A stretch of DNA of 64,000 bases from Guillardia theta CCMP2712 (taxonomy: Eukaryota > Protista > Cryptophyta), in NCBI RefSeq assembly GCF_000315625.1, contig NW_005434561.1:62001-126000 (forward strand). Direction: 5' to 3'. Position 1 is the stretch's first letter, and the number at the start of each line of letters is the position of its first letter. Both the position numbers and the translations under genes were made by a program. This document shows, piece by piece, positions 14,576-24,629 of this stretch. Below the pieces are notes generated by a model, which saw nothing but the letters and a program-made list of their open reading frames with translations, was not told where the DNA came from and searched no databases.

Positions 14576-16240
14576 TGGTGTAGGCAGAGGGAAAGTCATC
14601 AATCATATGATGAAAGTCATCTTTTGGTTTTCAAGCGATTTGAGTTATGGGAGGAGTTGACGGCTTCTTGATTTGCAAGCTTTAGTGTTTACTTGTTTCT
14701 GCTAGATTGGTGTGCTCGTATGGGTGCTGGAGCCAGCGCTAACAAGCGAAGGAGGGAGCAGCCAAGAATTAGAAACACGCTCCAGTCTCGGAAAACAGGT
14801 AGGCGTCGGAGTGGTGATTTTGCGATCTCCAACTGAAGGTAAAGGAGCAGAGCAACGACTCGGATGATGTTGAACCTATCGAAGATGAGGAACATATCAA
14901 GCGAGTCCGATCATTGTTGTGCTCAGATTTGCAGCTAGAGGACAATGAAGTCAACAGTGCAGCGGTATCGGATCATTTCCACAAGATAAAGCAATCGAGC
15001 CTCAGGTCTCGCAGGTCTGCCTCCTCTTCGCTTGTAACTAATGCGGTGCAGCTATGGATTTGAGCGACACGTTCAAGAATGCTTGAGCCGTTTGAGCTCT
15101 GATGATCCACAGAACTTGCGTTAGAGGCAAGGTCTGGTCATCTCTTCGATGCGATGGGCTCGATCCTCTGCTGCGGAGGATCTATGCCATGAGCCGTATC
15201 GTCATAGACCTTCTCCTGGCAACAGATGATGATGTCAGTTCTGGCACTCTTGTCTCTCTGAATTCGCATGCGCGTTGCAAATGATCTTGAACATGAAAGG
15301 AATGAGGGAGCCTAGTAGGCATCGGGAGCTTGAAACTTGTGACGACTGATGGTCGGAAACTACCGCAGCACGTGTCACTGTGTATTCAAGTTGACAGTGA
15401 ACGGCGAATGCGAGGAGTGTTTGCATAAAATTTCCCTAAGGTTATCTAAATATCATGTTTCATATTGAATATCAGGTCAAAATTGTCGCATCAGTGGTGC
15501 TTGTGACGGTCAGGCTGACTGGCGCTGATGAGTTATGACGGTTTCCGACCCCGCCCGCGGCCGGTGACTCCTGGGCCGGAGGCTCATCGCCGCGGGGGCC
15601 GCCTGTTAGGCAGCCTACGGTGGGCGCCCGCCGGGCCCGGCCAGCGCCACTGGGGGGCCTGGCAAGTTCCGCTAGGCCGGACTCTCGGAAGTCCCAACTC
15701 GCAACTTGGCAAAGCGGCCCCCGCGGCTGTGAGAGTCAGTTCAACCCGGGCCGCCAGTAAACAACCGTTGAACCGTTGCCGGCGGCCGGCCCAACTTGTT
15801 CCGAAGTTCCGACCGAGGTGAAGTTCAAGGTAATGTGACCGTTACAGTCAACCGTTGCGTGTCACTTTAGAATTGGGTAAGCGCGGAGATGAGGGCTTTT
15901 GGCAGCGTCAGCTCACAGACAGAAATGGCAGGGAATGAGTTCGCTACTGCGAGGGGAGAGAGGAAGAGGAGGGGGGGGAGGAGGGGAAGAGAAGGAGGGG
16001 AAGAGAAGGAGGGGAAGAGAAGGAGGCAGTAGAGGAGAGAAAGTGGAAACGCATGAAGATATGATGCTAGAAATGCTCAGCACCTTCGAGTCAAGAATGA
16101 ACGAGGAATGGATCCCAAGTCCTTGGTCTCTCTCGCCTGCCCTCCTGTGTTGATGCTGATGCTGATGCTGTTGATCTTGGAGCTGATGCATGTTGTCAGG
16201 TTTCATAAGCTAGAGTTGACGAGCTCTCTGCTTGTTCGCT

Positions 16241-18352
16241 ATGGCTGAAACAAGCATTGCCATGCGAATGATGCGTGCGGGGAGCTTAGTGGCAGCGCTA
16301 TGCATGATGTGTGCGATGCTTCGGCTGAATGACTCGAAGCCCTCGGAGTTATCGATGAAGTTGAGAAGTCATGATGCGGAGGCGATCGGGAGCAGACACT
16401 CTGCCTCTCTTCACCCTTCCTCGTCCCCTCATGCGACTGTGCCGCACGCTCACACTCACCTCAAGGCAAGAGCTTTGCATGCGAGCTCGAGGAAACTTTC
16501 AGCGAAAGAAATAAAAGAGCAGCGGGAGGAGGACGAGATCTGGAAGACGGAGCAGGCGATGAAGGCACAGCTCAATCAGGAGACGAACGAGCGGCAGGGA
16601 AAACTCTGGCACCAGACTGTTGCCGTCGTGCACGCGCACGACCCCAACGCCAAGCTGATTGCGAAGCTGGAGCCGAAGGAAGGGGTTGTGAAGAGCAAGG
16701 GGCCGGCTGAGGAAGAAGGGAGGCAGACCAGCAGAGGTCGAGCTCATGAGGGTACGAGCTCGAGCACCCAGAACCTGCTCAAGGATCAGCTGGACAATTC
16801 ACTCAAGTCGAAGATGGCAAACAGCTTTAACAGCATCCAAACGAGCGAGCAGAAGAAGCTGTCCAAGACAACTCGCAACAGCAAACTAGCTGAGACGGCA
16901 GAAGCGCATGCCAAGATGGCGAGGAGTGACATAGCGAAGATGCTGAAGAATCAGCTAGACTCGTCTGTGAAGGAAGAGATCTCTCGTGCTAAGCAGCTGA
17001 GCTCCTTCAATAGCAACTCTCAGCTGGAAGCGCGACTGAAAGCTGAACTCGACAGCAAGGCAAAGGAGCAGCAGAAGAAAATGCTGGAGGAATCGTCCAA
17101 GCCAAGCATGTACCATGCTCGCAAGAAGCTCAGCGGCTCCGTGGAAAGAGCAGAGAGAATTCGAGATCAACTGACGCGGAAGATGAAGGAGGAGGACGCG
17201 ATCAGGTCGCAACTGAATCAAGCAACAAAACAGAAGGAAAAGGAGCTTTGGAAGGACCAGAGAGAGGGGAAGAAGCCTGCGGAGGATGAGGTAAATAGCC
17301 TAATTGTTGTTGACGCGACCTCAAACAAAGCGTGTGACTGCAGCATAAATCGAAGAAGCACGGTTTGCAATACTACCTCCGAAAACAGCTGGACAAGAAC
17401 TCGGCCTCTTCAGAGAATCAGCTTTACCTGCAGAGCATGCAGAGCAAGCTGTTGGAGGGGATCAAGAAGCTCGTCTTGGACAAACACTTGGATGCGACGG
17501 ACAGGCAGAAAGCGATTCATGCTGCTGAGATGAGACTCTTCAAGGCCTCGATGAGCGGTGAGCCGTCAGATCGAAAAGTCCAGCCTGTTTGTTACATGTG
17601 CTGACGTGTGTGCAGCCGCCAGGAAGAGGGATCAGGATGCTTCGTCTTCGGTACACGATGCTCCTTGCCAGAGATAAGTTTGACTCACAAGGTCATTGTC
17701 AGGAGCCTGAGCACCAGGCAAAGAAGGTGAACTCGGGGAAACTCTACTCCGACGAGAAGAATCTGCTTGAGAACGCACTCAAGGTACGCAAACACTCTAG
17801 TCTTGTGCTCTCTGATGGACTTGTTAGCTGCACGTCGAGGGGAAGTCAAAGTTCTTCAACTCTGTAATGACAGCGCATTGTGAATCTGAATGACGGGCAG
17901 TTCCAGGTGTCGAAGAGTTCCTCTGCAAAGCAGGATGAGGTAAGGCTCTCTTGTCCTGCTCCACTTCACCGCTGAGTTGCCACCAGGATACGAGGACGAA
18001 GCCGAGCTCTGTGAATTCTCGACACATGGTATCTTGTGATCAGCTGCATCATGGTTGACTGACGGAGGTTGAGATTCACGACATGGCGCATGCCAACCAG
18101 AGGATCAAGGACCATGTGAGAGCGCGGCATGGTGTCCCTGCGATCGCTGACGGTGTTGACAGTTCCGAGCGGACTGGGTTCCCTTCATGGACTCCCTGAA
18201 GAGCTCAAATGCGCTGCAGGTATGTGAAGCAACAAGCTTTCACCATGTTGAGCTGCTTCCAGGCGGCGGATCAGGCGGCAAAGCGGCTGGCAAAGAACCG
18301 GGAGAAGACTGTGAAAGAGGCTACTCAGGATATGGACGAAGCCGTTGAGTAA
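16241..18352 (+). CDS. Hypothetical coiled-coil protein with N-terminal hydrophobic segment, multi-exon
   Basis: 433-aa ORF rich in K/E/Q/L heptads, followed by short GT-AG introns; TAA at 18350-18352. Confidence 0.65.
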
Positions 18353-18534
18353 GACAGCCGCAGCTGGTCAAGCCCTAAGATAGAAATGGACTGCTCTTCT
18401 GTTATAATACTAAAATCTGGATTTCCAAATTTTGTTCGCTTTGTTGACAAAAATTGGACGACTTTAATGATTGCAGATTCACTTTTACCAAGAAATGTGC
18501 CGAATATTCTCAGCAGATCCCGAACAAGCGAACA

Positions 18535-21376
18535 TTATGTTACGCTGGTTGCAAAATTCAATGTAAGGTAATCAAATCGGCAGATTTTGTCATGGATGTA
18601 GTGATTGGAGAGGTTTGATAGTGAATTGGATCCTCCCTGTGAAATAGCGTTCAAGCATTCGATCTCGTACTTTGAATCTTGTATCAACATCTCTTCGAGC
18701 TCGTTCCTCCACCTAGGATTCTCTTTGATAACCTTGTAAGAGGTCTCAGATTGACCTCTCAAAAGATTACTTCTTCTCGCTCACCTTCCTTTCGCACATT
18801 CGAGAAATTCTTGCTCGGTCTCTTGACGACAACTCAAGTCTTAACGCTTTGGGTACTCCAAATACTTTCATGTCGTTGGAATGCAAACCAAGCCATCGCA
18901 TCGTAGGGCAACGAAGAAACTCTCTTTCGTGCTCTCGCGAGTGACTTCCAAACGCATATGTCAAAATAATCTCAACGCCATCTGGATCCCAGTCCGCAAT
19001 TCCATAAATCGGGAGATTGGGATGCGATTTGCTTAATCGGCTCAAGAGAATCCGTGTTTGCACATCTGGCAATCTCAATCTGAATCATTCTTACTTGAAA
19101 TTGTTTTTACCTGGGTAACCACAACCTGTCAACAGGATAGCTCTGCCTGCATATTTGCTGACAGCGTATGGAACGTTAGCAGCGATGGATATCTCAAGTG
19201 AAAGAGATTCTAAATAACCTTTCAATAAATTTGTCTGAATAAATTTGGGTTAGCAAGGAGCATCATTTTGCAACGTGCTGACCGTCACACAATCTTCGAA
19301 AGATGCATTCCTTTTCTACGACAAAAAGTGCATGGGCTTGGTCCACAAAAAGCTCTCTGCAACAACATGATGTGAACATTGGAGGCATTTTTCATGAAAA
19401 ATTGACATTTCATGTGAAAACGATGGAAGGGTTGTTGGTCCTGAGTGACAATGAATTAAATTTCCTTGCAAATCCTTCATGACAAGAGCTCCATAGACTA
19501 ATCCTTTGGAATACGAGACAATGTTGAGCTGAAACCTTGGGACATTACATATCCTCGCCAAAAGCTCTATTGCCTTGTCACTGAACAGATAATTCAATTA
19601 CAGATCAAAGTGGGAGAGCTTAGTGACAGACACCTGTTAATTTGTTTTCCAAACACCTTTCCATCAGCATAGAATATATCTGCAATCAAAGCTCAGATGC
19701 CTGTTTTAGATCCTAGTATCACAATTGTGCATGAACCTCGCTTCGTGGACGTTTTGTTGGCTTTCAGCAAGGAACATACCAACTGTGCAACTCTGAAGAA
19801 GCGAGCGCATCTGAGCAAATTCTTGGAACTCCTGCCTCGTAATGACAGAACACCAGAGGAAAATTTAAATCCATCTTTTGGATCTTCAAAATCTAAACAT
19901 TCGTTCGGAGAATCGTCCATGTACATTTGTCCTGACCGATATTTGATAGTCGGGAACTTGTCGTTGGCCAAAGCCCTAAAACAGTGCGCAACGATGGAAA
20001 GGACTCTGTCGAGAACTAGTTCACGCTGAGAATCTTTGATCGAATACTCTCTAAGCGGATCGGATGATTCAAAGGCATCCAGCGCATTGAAGACTTCCTC
20101 CTCGGTACTGAGCTATGTCAGAGTCTGTTCAAGTATACAATGCTTGCATACGTATCATCGAAATCCTTCATCCTGTTGAGAAGAAGCGATAATAAGGTAT
20201 TGCTTGATTCCATACCAAACGATTCAAACACATTAAATTTGTTCGAAATTTCTTTGTGGCACTGGTCCAAGCATAAGCATAGACTCTTCGCAAAGCTCTG
20301 ATGACTGCAGTTAAATTCATGGCAGATCACGCGAATGAGTCACCGGATGAACAATCTCTTCGCGAACTCTTTGTAACGACTCACTCCCCATTTCTGTGAT
20401 AGCTTGTCGAAACATGCTTGAGATCGTTGATGTTAATGTCGACAGTGGCACAGAATCACCCCCGGTTTCATTCCAGCTGATGTAGCAAGTAATTTCTGTG
20501 TTGTCCTCAAGTCGAGCTCTCCGTTCTGATCGTTTCACCCGATTTGTGTTGCCGTAAAAGCTGCACGGCGTTGAAATGTACTTTTCAAAGTAGGTCAGAA
20601 ACTTGTCTATGTTTTCGAAAGGAGATATGTTCATGGGAACGCAGTTAAGAAACGCAAAAATTTTGATACGTGACTCCGGCTTGCTGTCAGGATCATGAGC
20701 CTCACAACTGGTATGCAGTCCCACCCAGACATGAACCTCGGCACCTGCAACTTGTTTCATGATTCGATGACTTAACTCGCTCTTCTGATGTTCTGTCAGT
20801 CTTTGAAAGTTGGTCTCGAACGAATTGCGAACTTGGAAACCCCCATACACAACACAGAAGTTGCTTGCAACGGACTTAAGCCTCACACATACCGACTGTG
20901 GCCTTACTGGTCAAAACCAATGGAAATGATAAGCACAAAGCAGATGACTTACTGGATTCAGGCGCTGCAGAAGCACACAGAACTCTTCTAGTGCAGCATG
21001 TCCTTGCAGACATCCAACAGATCCATCGAAGGTCAAAATTAGGATATTCGATGACTGAGTGCCAACAGTTTGAAATGAAGAAAACTCCCCCTCAGTCTTT
21101 TCAATAAGTTAGACAAAACAAACATTGACGCAGAGAGCCTTTACTCACTTTTTCGTCATCATCAGCCATCCTGGCATTCTGGCAGATGCCGTTCGATACA
21201 AATGCTGACAGCCACGATTTTTCCTCCTCGATGGATTCGAACAGAAATCCTTCCCCGTCGTCCCCGATGCCGACTAGCCATTTGTCATTTCTCTGCTCGC
21301 AGATGATTTTAAAGTCTCGGCATCTTCTTCGGGTCGCCGCGTAGCTCAGCGCCTTGTGCATAGCTGCGCCGAGCAT
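18535..21376 (-). CDS. SPO11: Predicted TOPOVIBL(Top6B-like)-SPO11 fusion protein, roughly 760 aa, about 12 exons
   Basis: SPO11 part: STKRDIFY (catalytic Tyr codon 19669-19671), VPRFQLNIVSYSKGLVYG, VVEKE, TGCGYPD, IADWDPDGVEI, RWLG, KYEIE. B-like part: IGDDGEG, LQRLNP, IFAFLNCVP, HPSFAKSL. In-frame introns at 21097-21148, 20896-20952, 20298-20343 and 20108-20151. SPO11 identity is very strong; the fusion is a splicing prediction. Confidence 0.82.
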
Positions 21377-21543
21377 TTGGCGGGAAAGAAGTTTGTGGCT
21401 TTCACTCTAATAATATTTTATTAATAAAGGGTCGCCAAACTAAAAACCCCGTTCCCCTTCCTCCCCTTCCCTCTACGATTTTTCGTGCTCGGTAACCAGG
21501 TTGATATTTCGGCGCTGTGACGTGCCAAGGTTTGCCCATCAGG

Positions 21544-22245
21544 ATGGTCGAAGAAAATGATCACACAACGAAGAAGAAGACGGACGACGTCACGCTGCTT
21601 GCATCAGGCCTAGACGAAATGCTTGACGCCTCAGCCATATCTGGGGGCCTTCTCGACGAAGACTCTTGGTTTCTCTTGCGTGCTGAGTCCCTCCGGAGAA
21701 AGAACGTCCATGATGCCCAAGAGACGGTCACACAATCGCTGGACACGCAAGAGCTGAAGTTGAGCGAGATCCTCCCCACGGAGACAGGCTTGCAGACCAA
21801 GAGGAGGAGAGTGGAACGAGCTTGCGAGTTCTGCCGAAGGAGGAAGCTCAAGTGCGACGATCAGAGGCCCTGCTCCAGCTGCGCTGGGAGGATGACAGGC
21901 TGTAGAGACTGTCACAAGGGAGCTGAGTGGGAGGCGCAGCTCGCCGCGCTAGGCAAGAATGCTGGGCTCTACTGGAAGATGCGCCACAATGTTTCGCAGG
22001 CATGCGACCGTTGCAGGAAGCTCAAGTCCAAGTGTGGAGACACTCGACCATGCTGGCGCTGCGTGAAGAGCGGGTGTGCGGACAAGTGTGCGGACGAGGC
22101 CAAGGTCTCAAACTCATCGCAGACACCAGAGTCAGACTACTGGGGGAGTGACGGGGAATTCGATAGGGCGAAGCAGGAGTCGCCGCTGTCATCGTCCCCC
22201 GCCTCACCTGCCGTGTCGCTGGTCAACGATCACAAGCTCGAGTGA
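21544..22245 (+). CDS. Transcription factor with two Zn2Cys6 (GAL4-type) clusters, copy 1
   Basis: ACEFCRRRKLKCDDQRPCSSCAGRMTGC and ACDRCRKLKSKCGDTRPCWRCVKSGCADKC. Confidence 0.88.
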   Translation: MVEENDHTTKKKTDDVTLLASGLDEMLDASAISGGLLDEDSWFLLRAESLRRKNVHDAQETVTQSLDTQELKLSEILPTETGLQTKRRRVERACEFCRRRKLKCDDQRPCSSCAGRMTGCRDCHKGAEWEAQLAALGKNAGLYWKMRHNVSQACDRCRKLKSKCGDTRPCWRCVKSGCADKCADEAKVSNSSQTPESDYWGSDGEFDRAKQESPLSSSPASPAVSLVNDHKLE

Positions 22246-22279
22246 ATGAAAGAGCACGTGTGAGAGCCTTTTGTGTACT

Positions 22280-22599
22280 GAAGCTGTACCTGGAGGGATC
22301 GTTGAGGGCCTGGGCCTTCATCAAGCGCTCCATGTTAGCGGTGTAGCCGTAGGTTCCAGTGACAACGGCCATGGGGGAGGTGGTGAGGCGGTTGGAGATG
22401 ACGAGCTTCTCCACCTTGTCACCGAGGAGCTTCTTGTACCACTCGATGAGGTCCTTGAGGTTCTCCTTGGCCTTCTCCCTCCTCTTCTTCTCCTTCTTCT
22501 CCTCCTTGTCTCCGAACTTAAGGTCCTCCTTGGCTGCGTTCATGAGCTTGTGGTCCTCGTACTCGTCCATGTGCTGAACGGCGTACTCGTAAATGGGGT
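22280..22599 (-). pseudogene. Duplicated internal fragment of the GRP94/HSP90B1 gene
   Basis: Encodes [16 protein letters not shown]...LNDPSRYSF, near-identical to 26669-26988; no upstream in-frame ATG. Confidence 0.92.
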
Positions 22600-22847
22600 G
22601 GACTTGCACAAACCATGGATCATTGTCAAGGTTTGCTTGCAGTTGCACAATTTTATTCTGGATCAGGACAACGAAGATGCACAACCATTGGATGAAATTT
22701 CGTTACCCATTAAGCACAGATGTGATATAGCTGTTCCTGATCGATTGCAAGAGTGCGACCGACCGCTCCGCAATGAACATGGAGCGCCTGCGTACACCTT
22801 ATGTTATCACCCACCGCCGGGTGCAAGTGAAAGCAACCACAATCACC

Positions 22848-23666
22848 TCATGCGTTCTGCCCTGGTGCAGAGGATGCAGGACCTAAATCTTCGCCGTCCT
22901 CCTGTTCGGTGATCGTGGTTTCCTGTCGTTTGTTCGATGTGTCCGCTTGGCGTGCATGCCACTTGAGCTTTTGCTGTTTCAGTTCACTTTCTAAAATATA
23001 CCGCACGTCACTTGGCAAGGTATGGTCACGCAGTTCCCGTGTAATTCGCAGGATCTGAGATACTATCAAGCGAGTTGTCCGCGCATCGACTTCTGCAAGT
23101 CTGGCCACGGACTCAGCTTCCCTTGCCTTCGACTTTGCTTCCCTTGCCACGGACTCAGCTTCCCTTTGATTCCATGCATCTCTACGAGCATGTTCCGCAG
23201 ACATAATGATACGATCTATCGAAGGGGCGGCATCGTTCACAGATCCAGTCATGCTCGAAGATGCTGTATCGGAATGTCGTGACGAGTAGTCTGCCATAAT
23301 AAGCTTCTGCTTCTTTGCTGACCCCTTCGATCTTTCATGACATTCCTTCTCGGATGCGATAGGGGAACCTCTCTTTTTACCAACCTTGGCACTCCTGTTC
23401 ATGCAGTCGGGTACTCCATCAAGGAAACGGTTGCCTTTCAGTGGCGTTATCAGCGACTTTGTATAGTCGGTCGATGACTTTTCATGCCCTTTGAGACGCT
23501 TTAACATACGCAAAGACTGCCTTGCCTCGTCGTCATCGTCTTCGGACCATTCTTCATCCCATTCATCACGATCATAAAGATCATCGGTACGTTCGTCTTC
23601 AGGCAAAGATTCCTCATCCCATTCATCAAGATCATCAAGATCACCGCATTTTGTCGCTTGCTGCAT
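22848..23666 (-). CDS. Intronless hypothetical protein (acidic N-terminus, basic middle, coiled-coil C-terminus)
   Basis: ORF from MQQATK; internal repeats DEWDEE x2 and EAESVAR x2; AATAAA downstream at ~22655. Confidence 0.55.
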   Translation of the reverse strand: MQQATKCGDLDDLDEWDEESLPEDERTDDLYDRDEWDEEWSEDDDDEARQSLRMLKRLKGHEKSSTDYTKSLITPLKGNRFLDGVPDCMNRSAKVGKKRGSPIASEKECHERSKGSAKKQKLIMADYSSRHSDTASSSMTGSVNDAAPSIDRIIMSAEHARRDAWNQREAESVAREAKSKAREAESVARLAEVDARTTRLIVSQILRITRELRDHTLPSDVRYILESELKQQKLKWHARQADTSNKRQETTITEQEDGEDLGPASSAPGQNA

Positions 23667-24629
23667 GTCAAGCGGTGGCGAGAGCAACTCACGAAATGCA
23701 AGCGCGCCAAAATTGCAACTATTGTGCCACTGAGCGCGGCCGACCGCAGCGAATGCCGGGCCCGGCACCGGGTGAGAGCCCTCATCCCCGGTAGGAACTT
23801 CTAGAAGAGGTGACGTGGAGCATAACCGTTGCCGTTACATCCACGTCACCCCTCAGTTTCTATCACCCCTACCCTCCTGTCTCTCCCCCCACCCCCAAGA
23901 AAGAATCAGAGGACAATTCGACCCGGTGTACCACCTCCAGACCCTGCAAGAACCCTACATTATGCCTGCATAAGTACCCATATTCACAGTACCCCTACCC
24001 ACCAATGCACTACGTCGTCCACCCTCTACCCTATCCTTACTCACCCCACCTACTATGTGTCAACCCAACCACCTACCCTCCAGTTTGATCACTGCAGGGA
24101 CCTAAGTTCCCCTACCCCTACTCCAAACACCCCTACCTCCCTTTATACCCTAGCATCTCACAAGGGGTGTTGTTGTCCACGTCACATTCCGGACCCCTGG
24201 TCAGACACCACCCCACATTTGACTTTTACCACCCCGCAAAACACAGCAGATACCACCCCCACCCCACGATTATCTAGAACAGCCGCAGCCTCCTGTCTCC
24301 CTCAGAGCTCCACACAGGTCGCGACATGCACGCATGCTGTTGTAGTCCTCCCCTCGCCCGCGATCTTGTGCCCTCCTCCCTTTCCTTCTTCTCCTCCCTT
24401 ACCTCCATACTTGTTTCGTATTCCTCTCCTCCTTTTCTTCATACATTCCTTGTTTTCATTTCGTATTTACCTCTGCATACGCTAGTGTCTGCCATTTCTG
24501 CTGCATTCTAGACTTTGAGTGATTGTTGTCTTCCTGTTCCGCTCAACGTTTCCGCCTTGATATCTGTTTAACGGTAACTGACATGCTGCCTGCAGCACTT
24601 TTTTGTTGTTGGATAGTGCGTGGAAGACA

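Larger units (their letters stand above)
21446..22599. repeat. Left arm of inverted segmental duplication (copy of 26669-28434 lacking about 26989-27600)
   Basis: 21446-22279 is the reverse complement of ~27601-28434; ~22280-22599 is the reverse complement of 26669-26988. Confidence 0.95.

Noticed and set aside
13695-14660. Poly-D, poly-I, poly-S and poly-M ORFs (also at 6.9, 7.5, 47.8, 52.3, 55.5 and 61.2 kb)
   Set aside because: Translations of microsatellites, low-complexity tracts or N gaps
20118-21376. Separate stand-alone genes for ORFs 21101-21376, 20317-20886 and 20118-20330
   Set aside because: They splice in frame into one B-like chain and on into SPO11; there is no room for a promoter or ATG before the SPO11 N-terminal helices
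22223-22684. Chimeric 153-aa Hsp90-fragment ORF as a new gene
   Set aside because: Starts at TTG with an in-frame TAA just upstream and no ATG before the Hsp90 part; treated as a duplicated fragment
23794-23808. Heat-shock elements upstream of GRP94 and mtHsp70 (TTCtaGAA here and at ~39118 and ~39294)
   Set aside because: Only two correctly spaced units, which is expected by chance
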